DNA of 64,000 nt from an uncultured Bacteroidales bacterium (GTDB taxonomy: Bacteria > Bacteroidota > Bacteroidia > Bacteroidales > UBA932), in NCBI GenBank assembly GCA_900316955.1, contig ONEX01000001.1:630-64629 (forward strand). Reading direction: 5' to 3'. Both the position numbers and the translations under genes were made by a program. The notes beneath the pieces are model-generated. The model was not told where the DNA came from. It saw only the letters and a list, made by a program, of their open reading frames with translations, and did no database searches. Position 1 is the first letter of the stretch. The number at the start of each line of letters is the position of its first letter. This document shows positions 40,201 to 48,587 of the stretch, piece by piece.

Positions 40201-40501
40201 GGGCGTCTTCCTGGAGGATGACGTCGATGACGGCGCGTCCGCCCACGGGAACGGTCTGTTCGGCATAGCCGATGGAGGAGAACACGAGGACGGCGTCGGC
40301 GGGGACGGAGAGGGAATACCGTCCGTCCACGTCCGTGACGGTGCCCTGGGTCGTGCCCTGGACCATCACGCCGGCGCTGATGACCGGAAGCCCTTCGGGG
40401 TCGGTCACCGTGCCCGTGACGGTCTGCGTCTGGGCCGCGGCCGTCCCGGCGACGACGAGCGCCGTCAGGAGGCAAAGGAATGTCGATAGGATTCTTTTCA
40501 T
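37295..40501 (-). CDS. susC: SusC/RagA TonB-dependent transporter (PUL 2)
   Basis: 1068 aa; [44 protein letters not shown], C-terminal F. Confidence 0.95.
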   Translation of the reverse strand: [1068 protein letters not shown]

Positions 40502-40508
40502 GGCGCGG

Positions 40509-42464
40509 TTATCTGACGGTTTTGTCCCGGAGAGGGTCGTAGTTGCCGCCGACGGCGAGGTCGGCGTCCAGGAAGGTTCTCAGGTCGGCAGGGTCGGCCA
40601 CCACGTCGAAGGACGGGTCGGCGCCGGACATCTGCATGATGCGCTGGTAGATGAGGGCGCGGTCCCAGGTCCCGAAGTAGGGACGGAGGTCGTTCATCGC
40701 CCCGGCACGCTCAGGCCGCCATACGCCGCTGAAGTACTTGGCATAGCCGCCCTGGTAGTTGCCGATGCGGCCGTAGCGCGGGTCCCGGGCCATCAGTTCC
40801 TCCCGCATCTCCAGGAGGGCCTTCCACGGCGCGTTCTCCGGCGTGGTCGTCAGGTTGAGGCCGCGGGGCGGGGTCATCGTCTGGCCGGGCACCGCGCTGC
40901 CGGTATAGGCCGTGGTGCTGAACCAGTACTCGTCCTGCAGGCGTCCGATGCCGTGTCCGCCGCCTTCGTGCAGCAGCGTGTTCTTCCAGCTTCCCAGGTA
41001 TCCCCAGCTGCTGCCGGCGTAGTTCATGTAGCCCAGTTCCCGGAAATCGGTCTCCGACAGGGTATAGGTGTAGGTGTTCCCGTTCGCATCGGTCCGGGCC
41101 TCCAGGGGGCCGGTCGACGTGTTGCCGCCCCACTGGGCGGGGATGACGCCCACCGGCAGCGAACCGTACTGGTACGCGCCGGTGTAGTCCAGGACGGCGA
41201 TGAACCGGCCTTCGTTCCGGGACTCCGGTTCCGACCATTCGCAGACGGCGCCGTAGTTTTTCCGTCCGTTCACCAGCAGGAAGATGCCCATGTCCCGGGG
41301 CTCGGTGACCCCTTCCCGGATTTCGGGGCAGATTGCCTCGGCGAAGTCGCAGATATCCTGTCGCGCCTGCGCGCGCAGGCCCAGGTAGTTCTCATACCAG
41401 ACCCCGAGCTCCGCGCCGAACGTCGTTCCGACACCGGCTTCCGCGGCGGCTTTCCAGGCTACGTACACCGTGAAACGGTCGCAGTTGGACTTGAACGGCT
41501 CCACGTTGAAAATGTAGGCGGCCCCTTCCCGGCAGGCTTTCACATATTCCTCCCGGGAGTTCGCGCCGGTCCCGTCCACGAAGCCGTCGGGGACGAACAT
41601 CAGGACGATGGGCTTCGGGCCCCGGGTGGCGGTCATGATGGGGAAGAGGTCCCCGCTTTCGACCAGGGACGGGCCCAGGTACAGCGTCCCGAGGTCCGTG
41701 ATGTCCCCGGCGCGGAGGGAGACGTGCTCCACGGGGATGGTGTGCTGGTGGCCGGCCGCGTCTTCCAGGGTGACCAGGACGGTCATGTCCGAAGCGCCCG
41801 GCACGGCCGCGGCATAATAGACGCCGCCGGAGGAGAACCGGCCGTCCATCTGGATGTAGTTGGACGGGTTGGCTTCCGCGCCGGGCGTGTCGTAGAAGGC
41901 GCTCTGGAGCGTCTCCGCGTCATAGAACACGATGGATCCGGACAGGGGCGCCGAGCCGGAGAGGGTGACCTTCGTCACCGTTTCGGCGGCGCCGCCCAGC
42001 AGGGTGAAGCGCACCAGCGCCACGAGGGGCCGCAGCCGGACCGTCTCGTCCAGCCCGCCCGACCGGCCGGCCGAGAGGAACAGGTCCGGGGCGAGCGCCC
42101 CAGCCACCGGTTCCTGGGACACGGGAACCGTAGCCCGGATGCCGTCGCCGGCCATCGTGACCGAGCCGTCCGCCGGGTACAGGAAACGGTAGTCGGTGGT
42201 CTCCACGACCCCGGTGGGGCAGAAGAACTCCGTTTCCTTCCCCCGGCCGGACGCCGTGAAGATGTAGGACGAAACGGGGCGCGTCCCGTCCATCGCAAAG
42301 GCGGACACCCGGTCGCCGTCGGCCCACCGGGTCTTGACCGCATTGTCTTCCAGGACGATCTTCACGCGGGTGTCGCCCAGCATGCTGTCCGGCTCGTAGA
42401 GCGAGCAGGAAGCGGCCAGCCCCGCGGCGAGAGCGCCTAGAAGAAGGAGGCTTCTCGGTCTCAT
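40509..42464 (-). CDS. Lipoprotein: fimbrillin-like N-domains + M64 (IgA peptidase-like) metallopeptidase
   Basis: Start MRPRSLLLL..AASC; KTRWADGDRVSAF, YRFLYP; C-terminal VLMFVPDGF, VEPF, LLHEGGGHGIGRLQDEY, YQGG..GVWRP. Confidence 0.75.
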   Translation of the reverse strand: MRPRSLLLLGALAAGLAASCSLYEPDSMLGDTRVKIVLEDNAVKTRWADGDRVSAFAMDGTRPVSSYIFTASGRGKETEFFCPTGVVETTDYRFLYPADGSVTMAGDGIRATVPVSQEPVAGALAPDLFLSAGRSGGLDETVRLRPLVALVRFTLLGGAAETVTKVTLSGSAPLSGSIVFYDAETLQSAFYDTPGAEANPSNYIQMDGRFSSGGVYYAAAVPGASDMTVLVTLEDAAGHQHTIPVEHVSLRAGDITDLGTLYLGPSLVESGDLFPIMTATRGPKPIVLMFVPDGFVDGTGANSREEYVKACREGAAYIFNVEPFKSNCDRFTVYVAWKAAAEAGVGTTFGAELGVWYENYLGLRAQARQDICDFAEAICPEIREGVTEPRDMGIFLLVNGRKNYGAVCEWSEPESRNEGRFIAVLDYTGAYQYGSLPVGVIPAQWGGNTSTGPLEARTDANGNTYTYTLSETDFRELGYMNYAGSSWGYLGSWKNTLLHEGGGHGIGRLQDEYWFSTTAYTGSAVPGQTMTPPRGLNLTTTPENAPWKALLEMREELMARDPRYGRIGNYQGGYAKYFSGVWRPERAGAMNDLRPYFGTWDRALIYQRIMQMSGADPSFDVVADPADLRTFLDADLAVGGNYDPLRDKTVR

Positions 42465-42468
42465 AGGC

Positions 42469-43863
42469 CTAGTTCCAGGTGATGGTGATGACCGCGTAGT
42501 CTCCGGTGAGCTTGACACCGCCGTCGACGCTCACGCCGGCCATGAACACATAGTAGTTGTGGTCGGCGTCCGCCGCGCCGCTGGAGCAATAGTAGGGCGC
42601 CGTGGTGTAGCGGGCCTGGCCGGAGAAGATTTGCCACTTCTTGGTGTTGGTGGCCGTGGTGGCGTCCACGCTGCCGTCCGAACCGGCGGCGAGCTTCGCG
42701 CCGAATTCGTCCAGCGTCGCCTTGACGAACGCTTCGTCGGAGAGGTCTCCGCCCGAGACGGGAACCGTCCAGAAGGCATAGTTGCCGGCGGCCTTGTTCA
42801 CATAGAACCATGCGTTGTAGTACTGGAACTTGAAATCGGCGGTGACAGCGTAGGTGACGCCGGGGTCGTCATCGCCTCCGGCGACCTTCGTCATCGAGGA
42901 TTCGCCGGTGCAGTACATATAGAACTTGGAGGAGCCCCACTTGCTGGTGGTGTAGTCGTACGGGCGCGCGTAGAAATAGCTGTAGTTCGCGTCCGCCGCG
43001 GTGAAGGAGGCGCTTTCCCCGCCCTCGTCCAGGGAGGCGGTCAGGATCAGGGACCCGTCGGCCGGATCGGGCGAGAGGCGCTTGTTCTCGGGCGTATACA
43101 GGTTCAGGTAGTAGGCCACTTCCTGGTTGCCGCCGAGGCCCCGGTACTGGGGCATGTACAGGAGGAGGTTGCCGGTTTCCGCGTCGAAGGTGAACGGAAC
43201 CTGGACATACACGCCGTTGTCGTCCTTCCAGTTGAGGTACACCTTTCCGTCGGCCTCGGTCAGGAGGACGTCGAAGGTGTTGTCGTATTTCCAGTTCCCC
43301 AGCCAGTCTTCGAGGGTGGCCTTGGGCTTGTCGTCGCCGCCGGGTTCGTCACCGCCCGGTTCGTCGCCGCCGGAGCCGCCCTTGAGATTGATCCGGACTT
43401 CGGTTCCGTCGATGAGCACGAGCACGAGGAAGTCCCCGTCCAGGGTCACGTTCTGGAAGAAGGTCTCGCCGCTGGAGGCGGAGCCGATCTTGGTCCAGGT
43501 CGTCCCTTCGTCATAGGTGACGTACCAGTCGCCGTCTTCGATCTTGAAGTCGGGCGTGACGCCGTCCGTGCCGTCCTCGCCTTTCGGGCCTTGGCCGGCG
43601 ATGAGGGTGACGGGCGCGGTTCCGTCGGCGAAGTAGATGGTGAAGGTGCCGTTTCCGTGGTCTTTCACCTCGGAAATGAGCCGGCTCTTGTCCAGAAGGG
43701 TCTTGTAGGCGTCCAGCGCGTTCACGCTGCTCTGCAGGTTCGCGACCTGGGCCTTGAGATCCGCCAGTTCTTCTTTGATCCAGGCGTCGTCGTAGGGCTT
43801 GCACTGGACCAGTGCGCCCACCGCCACCACAAGGGCGGTCAAAACGGTCAGGAATCTTTTCAT
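42469..43863 (-). CDS. DUF4988-like surface lipoprotein with collagen-like/low-complexity linker
   Basis: LVQC lipobox, coiled coil, YTIYF-type (FTIYFADG), GPKGEDGTDGVTPDFKIEDGDWYVTYDEG; GGDEP repeats. Confidence 0.75.
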   Translation of the reverse strand: MKRFLTVLTALVVAVGALVQCKPYDDAWIKEELADLKAQVANLQSSVNALDAYKTLLDKSRLISEVKDHGNGTFTIYFADGTAPVTLIAGQGPKGEDGTDGVTPDFKIEDGDWYVTYDEGTTWTKIGSASSGETFFQNVTLDGDFLVLVLIDGTEVRINLKGGSGGDEPGGDEPGGDDKPKATLEDWLGNWKYDNTFDVLLTEADGKVYLNWKDDNGVYVQVPFTFDAETGNLLLYMPQYRGLGGNQEVAYYLNLYTPENKRLSPDPADGSLILTASLDEGGESASFTAADANYSYFYARPYDYTTSKWGSSKFYMYCTGESSMTKVAGGDDDPGVTYAVTADFKFQYYNAWFYVNKAAGNYAFWTVPVSGGDLSDEAFVKATLDEFGAKLAAGSDGSVDATTATNTKKWQIFSGQARYTTAPYYCSSGAADADHNYYVFMAGVSVDGGVKLTGDYAVITITWN

Positions 43864-43905
43864 GGGATTGAAGGTATTGGTTATCAGGAATTATTGAAAC
43901 GAGTG

Positions 43906-45081
43906 TCAGCCTTCGAACGGTTCGCCGATGTAGCGGCTGCGGGCGATCAGGCAGGTGCCGATCAGGCCGGCGTCCATCCCGAGGGCGCTCCGGCAGATGC
44001 GGGTGTCCTGGCTCACGAGCTGGATCGCGTGCTTGTTCACGGCCATCCGCATGGGGTTGAGCAGGTAGTCGCCGGTCATCGCCAGTTCGCCGCCCACCAC
44101 GACGAGTTCCGGGTTGAACAGGTTGATCAGGCCGGTGGTCTTCTCGCCGAGCTTGATGCCGATCTGCTCGATGGCGTCGATGCAGAGGACGTCCTCTTTG
44201 GCGACCGCGTCCATGATTTCCCGCAGCAGGAGCGGCTTGTCGGAGGAAAGGACCCGCTCGGACAGGATGGAGGATTCCCCGTTCCGGATGCGCTCCACGA
44301 GGTTGCGCTGGAGGGCCTGTCCGGAGATTTCCGTCTCGTTGCAGCCGCGCTTGCCGCAGCGGCAGATGATCTGGTTGTCGAACCCGTACATGTGCCCGAA
44401 CTCGCCGGCGTAGCCGGATTTCCCGCCATAGAGATGCCCGTTCCCGACGATGCCCAGGCCGAGGCCCCAGTTCACGTTGAGGAACAGCATGTCCCGGCAC
44501 CCGACGCCGGCGCCCTGCAGCAGCTCGCCGTAGGTCATCGCGCGCGTATCGTTGCACAGGCACAGCGGCAGTCCCGCCTCGGCCTGCAGGAGCTCGGACA
44601 GGGTATGGTCCGCCTGGACGAAGACCGAATGGCTCTCGCCGGTTTTCGTGTTCACGCGTCCCGGCAGGGAGACGCAGACGCCCTTCACGTCCCTTCCGAA
44701 GCTGTAGCAGTCCTGGAGGGAGATCTTCAGGATGCGGACCAGCCGCTCGTAGGCGTCCGGGGCGTACAGGTCATAGTCGTCCAGCATCCGGGTCCGCTGC
44801 ATCCCGCCCCGGAAATTGATCAGGCCCACGTTCACGAACCGGTCGTTGACGTCCAGGCCCAGGAAGTAGCCGGCCTCCTTGCGGAGTCCGTACAGGTGCG
44901 GTTTCCGGCCGCTGGCCGATTCGGCGGCACCCAGGTCTTCCACATAGCCTTCGTCGATCAGGGATCCGACATGCTTGGTGACCGTTCCGATGCTCAGGTC
45001 CAGCCATTCCGCCGCCTGGGGGATGGTGCAGGTCCCCTTCCGGGTGAGCAGGGTCAGGACCGGGTTCTTAAACATTTCCAT
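43906..45081 (-). CDS. ROK family transcriptional repressor (NagC/NanR-like)
   Basis: N-terminal HTH (LDLSIGTVTKHVGSL), GLGLGI, GYAGEFGH, CRCGKRGCNE zinc motif. Confidence 0.93.
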   Translation of the reverse strand: MEMFKNPVLTLLTRKGTCTIPQAAEWLDLSIGTVTKHVGSLIDEGYVEDLGAAESASGRKPHLYGLRKEAGYFLGLDVNDRFVNVGLINFRGGMQRTRMLDDYDLYAPDAYERLVRILKISLQDCYSFGRDVKGVCVSLPGRVNTKTGESHSVFVQADHTLSELLQAEAGLPLCLCNDTRAMTYGELLQGAGVGCRDMLFLNVNWGLGLGIVGNGHLYGGKSGYAGEFGHMYGFDNQIICRCGKRGCNETEISGQALQRNLVERIRNGESSILSERVLSSDKPLLLREIMDAVAKEDVLCIDAIEQIGIKLGEKTTGLINLFNPELVVVGGELAMTGDYLLNPMRMAVNKHAIQLVSQDTRICRSALGMDAGLIGTCLIARSRYIGEPFEG

Positions 45082-45107
45082 AGTGTATTGGTAGGTTGGT
45101 TCCGGGA

Positions 45108-45220
45108 CAAATATAAGTATTATTATTCAAATATAAAATAAATTCTTCTATTTTTGAATAAATAAATAGGCTGTTTTTGTGAAAAATATTTGATATTCCC
45201 GAAATTTTTCCATACTTTTG
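45108..45220. promoter_or_regulatory. Divergent promoters and candidate ROK operator
   Basis: Plus: TTTG 45189-45192, 20 nt, TACTTTTG 45213-45220; minus: TATATTTG 45108-45115; TTATT-N9-AATAA at 45123-45141. Confidence 0.65.
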
Positions 45221-45276
45221 GCAATGTACCCCTGTCTAAGCCTAAAACAACACCATTAACCAATATAACCAAACTT

Positions 45277-48200
45277 ATGCGTAAAACACAGAAACTGCTT
45301 GCAGCGTTCTCGCTGCTCGGCATCCTGCTGCTGGGCGGAGGTTCCCTCTTTGCCCAGAACCGTTCCTGCCAGGGTACGGTGAAAGACGCGCAGGGCGAGC
45401 CCGTCATTTCGGCCTCCGTCCTGATTAAGGACGCCCCCGTCTCGACGGGTACGGTGACCGACATGGACGGTAATTTCGTCCAGCCCAACGCCAAGGTCGG
45501 TGACGTCCTCGTGGTTTCCTCCATCGGTTATGAGACCGTCGAGGTGACCTGGAACGGCTCCCCCCTGACAGTCGTCCTCCGCGATGACTACAATGTCCTG
45601 GACGAGGTGGTCGTCACCGGTTACGGTGGCACCCAGCTCCGTTCCAAGCTAACCAACTCCATTGCCAAGGTGGACGAGAAGGCCCTCACGGTCGGTACTT
45701 TCACCAATGCGGCATCTTCGCTGGCCGGTGCTGTTTCCGGTCTCCGGGTCATCCAGACTTCCGGTAACCCTTCAGCTGCGCCTTCCGTCGTCCTCCGCGG
45801 CGGTACCAACCTCGACGGCACCGGCTCTCCGCTGGTGGTCGTAGATGGCCAGCTCCGGGATGACATGGGTGAGATCAACAACGATGACATCGAGTCCATC
45901 GACGTCCTGAAGGATGCCGGCGCGACGGCCCTCTACGGCGCCCGCGCCTCCAACGGCGTTATCCTGATCACGACCAAGCGGGGCAAGGTGGGCACGTCCG
46001 AGATCCGCTTCAAGGCCAAGGCTGCCTTCAACTTCATGAACCAGCCTTTCGAGTACTGCGACGCGGGAGACTACATCTACTGGATGCGTTCGGCCTACAA
46101 CAATTCCCATTGGGCCAACAAAGCCACCCTCTCCGCCGTCTATCCGTACGGTCTCGGACAGACTGAGGTCACCAACTCCACCGTCTGGAACATCCTCCGG
46201 AAGACGGACGCGAATTCCTACCTCCTGCAGAAAGGCTGGTCGGAAATGACCGACCCGGTGGACGGGGCGACCAAGATCCTGTACAAGAGTACCAACCCGG
46301 CGGACTATAACATCAACAATCCCACGCTGACCCAGGATTATACGGTGTCCATGTCGGGCGGCAATGACAAGGGCCGTTACTACGCCTCTATCGGCTACAA
46401 TGATGCCAAGGGTCTGCCTGTCAGCACGTTCTACAAGCGGCTGTCCTTCCTGTTCAACGGCAGCTACAACTTGAACCGCTGGCTCACCTCCAACTCCTCT
46501 GTCAACTTCGTGCGCGCCCTGTACCGCGACATGCCGGGCTCCTTCTCCGGAGCCGGAACCGGTTACGACGGTTACTACTTCGGCCGTATCATGGGTACGC
46601 CGCCTACGGTGCGTTTCGAGGACGAGGACGGCAACCCGCTCTTCGGTAACTCCCGCTCCGACGGTAACCAGAACTACCAGCCCGAGAAGTACATCCGCGA
46701 CAACGAGAACAACAAGCTCACCCTGAGCCAGGGCTTCAGCGCCAAGCTCTCCCGTACGCTCACTTTCAACGTGAACGCCACCTGGTACTATGACCAGTAT
46801 GTCAACGAGGCCTTCAACAAGGACCTCCAGAACAACCAGGCCGGTACCGCTTGGGTCCGCACCCGTTCTTCCTCCGCGTCCTACTCCCGTTACTTCAACC
46901 AGACGTACAACGCCACCCTTCAGTACAAGAACACCTTCGCGGATATCCACAATGTGGATGTGATGGTGGGCGCCGAGGCTTACGACCGGGCTTACAAGGC
47001 ATTCTCCGCCCAAGGCCAGGAGGCCGCCACGGACGATTTCCAGGATCTCGCCCTCACCTCCAAGGAGGAGAACAAGCGGAACATCGACTCGTCGCATTCC
47101 CAGTACCGCATCAGCTCCTTCTTCGGCCGCCTGAACTATGATCTGGCCGGGAAGTACCTCGCCTCCTTCACCTTCCGCGAGGATGGCTATTCCGCCCTTC
47201 TGGATAACCGCTGGGGCTTCTTCCCGGGCGTCTCCCTGGGTTGGATCTTCGGACAGGAGGATTTCATCAAGAACACCATGCCCGTCCTCTCCTTCGGCAA
47301 GCTCCGTGCTTCCTATGGTGTGAACGGTAATGCTTCCGGCATCGGCGCGTACGAACTCCAGGGCGCCTACTCCGCCCAGACCGCCTATGACGGCAGCGTC
47401 GGCTTCCTGATCGGAACCCTTCCGAATCCTTCCCTCCGCTGGGAGAAGACCACCACCTTCGAGGTGGGCGCTGACCTGAGCTTCTGGCAGAACCGCCTGA
47501 ATGCGAACTTCACCTTCTATAACCGTCTCACCGACGACAAGTACGCCGCCCTCAATCTCCCGCAGACGACCGGTTTCTCCTCCGTGACGAACAACAACGG
47601 TAAGTTCCGCAACCGGGGTATCGAACTGGAGCTTTCCGGCAAGATCATCCAGAACCGCGACTGGCGGTGGGTGGCGAGCGCCAACATCTCCTACAACAAG
47701 AACATCATCGTGAAGCTTCCTGACAACGGTCTTCCGAGAAACCGTCAGAACGGCGTAGAGCTGTACACGGGCAACGGCAACGAGACCGAGTGGTACGGCG
47801 GCTATCAGGAAGGTCAGGAGCCCGGCATGGTCTATGGCTATGTCGTCGAGAAGATGGCCCGCTCCGAGAGCGACTTCCCGGCCGGTTACTATGTGACCAG
47901 CGGTCACTGGAACGGTTTCTGGCAGTATGCTCCCGCAGACTATGACAAACTGGAGAACAAGAGCAATGCTGTCCGTCTCCAGGGCGGTGACTTCATTTAC
48001 AAGGACATCAACGGGGACGGCCACATCGACGTCCACGACCAGGCGGTCCTGGGCAATACGATCCCGCACTGGACCGGCGGTTTCAACACCACGCTCTCCT
48101 GGAAGGGGCTCTCCCTGTACGCCCGCTTCGACTATGCGCTCGGCTTCTACCTCCAGGACTGGTACAACTCCAACGGTATGGTGTGGATGCTCGGCTGTAT

Positions 48201-48564
48201 GCAGGGTACCTATAACATGCCTACCCTCGTGAAGGACACCTGGACGCCCGAGAACCCGAATGCGACCTTCCCGCGCTATGTCTTCGCCGACCAGCTGGGA
48301 CCTGGCAACTACTATAAGCTGAACAGCTTCTGGACGCACCGGGCCGATTATCTCGCCATCCGCGAGATCTCCCTCTCCTACTCTTTCCCGAAGGCGCTTA
48401 TGGACAAGATCCGCTGCAAGGGCCTGACTCTTTCCGTTACCGGCCAGAACCTCGGTTACATCACCGCTGCGAAATGGGTGGCCAGCCCTGAAACGGGTGG
48501 TACCCGCGGTGTCGGCTACGGTCTTCCCCGGACGATCCTGTTTGGCGTTGACGTAACCTTCTGA
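45277..48564 (+). CDS. susC: SusC/RagA TonB-dependent transporter (sialic acid operon, NanO-like by context)
   Basis: Start MRKTQK; DEVVVTGYG, INNDDIESIDVLKDAGATALYGARASNGVILITTK, C-terminal F. Confidence 0.95.
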   Translation: MRKTQKLLAAFSLLGILLLGGGSLFAQNRSCQGTVKDAQGEPVISASVLIKDAPVSTGTVTDMDGNFVQPNAKVGDVLVVSSIGYETVEVTWNGSPLTVVLRDDYNVLDEVVVTGYGGTQLRSKLTNSIAKVDEKALTVGTFTNAASSLAGAVSGLRVIQTSGNPSAAPSVVLRGGTNLDGTGSPLVVVDGQLRDDMGEINNDDIESIDVLKDAGATALYGARASNGVILITTKRGKVGTSEIRFKAKAAFNFMNQPFEYCDAGDYIYWMRSAYNNSHWANKATLSAVYPYGLGQTEVTNSTVWNILRKTDANSYLLQKGWSEMTDPVDGATKILYKSTNPADYNINNPTLTQDYTVSMSGGNDKGRYYASIGYNDAKGLPVSTFYKRLSFLFNGSYNLNRWLTSNSSVNFVRALYRDMPGSFSGAGTGYDGYYFGRIMGTPPTVRFEDEDGNPLFGNSRSDGNQNYQPEKYIRDNENNKLTLSQGFSAKLSRTLTFNVNATWYYDQYVNEAFNKDLQNNQAGTAWVRTRSSSASYSRYFNQTYNATLQYKNTFADIHNVDVMVGAEAYDRAYKAFSAQGQEAATDDFQDLALTSKEENKRNIDSSHSQYRISSFFGRLNYDLAGKYLASFTFREDGYSALLDNRWGFFPGVSLGWIFGQEDFIKNTMPVLSFGKLRASYGVNGNASGIGAYELQGAYSAQTAYDGSVGFLIGTLPNPSLRWEKTTTFEVGADLSFWQNRLNANFTFYNRLTDDKYAALNLPQTTGFSSVTNNNGKFRNRGIELELSGKIIQNRDWRWVASANISYNKNIIVKLPDNGLPRNRQNGVELYTGNGNETEWYGGYQEGQEPGMVYGYVVEKMARSESDFPAGYYVTSGHWNGFWQYAPADYDKLENKSNAVRLQGGDFIYKDINGDGHIDVHDQAVLGNTIPHWTGGFNTTLSWKGLSLYARFDYALGFYLQDWYNSNGMVWMLGCMQGTYNMPTLVKDTWTPENPNATFPRYVFADQLGPGNYYKLNSFWTHRADYLAIREISLSYSFPKALMDKIRCKGLTLSVTGQNLGYITAAKWVASPETGGTRGVGYGLPRTILFGVDVTF

Positions 48565-48587
48565 TGAACTTAATGATGGACAATCGT

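Noticed and set aside
40931-40975. HEGGGH read as a broken HExxH
   Set aside because: The one-residue-longer HExxxH spacing followed by LxDEY is, to my knowledge, usual in Bacteroidales M64-like proteins
43331-43380. 15-bp tandem repeat (GGDEP x2-3)
   Set aside because: Ordinary flexible linker of Bacteroidales surface lipoproteins
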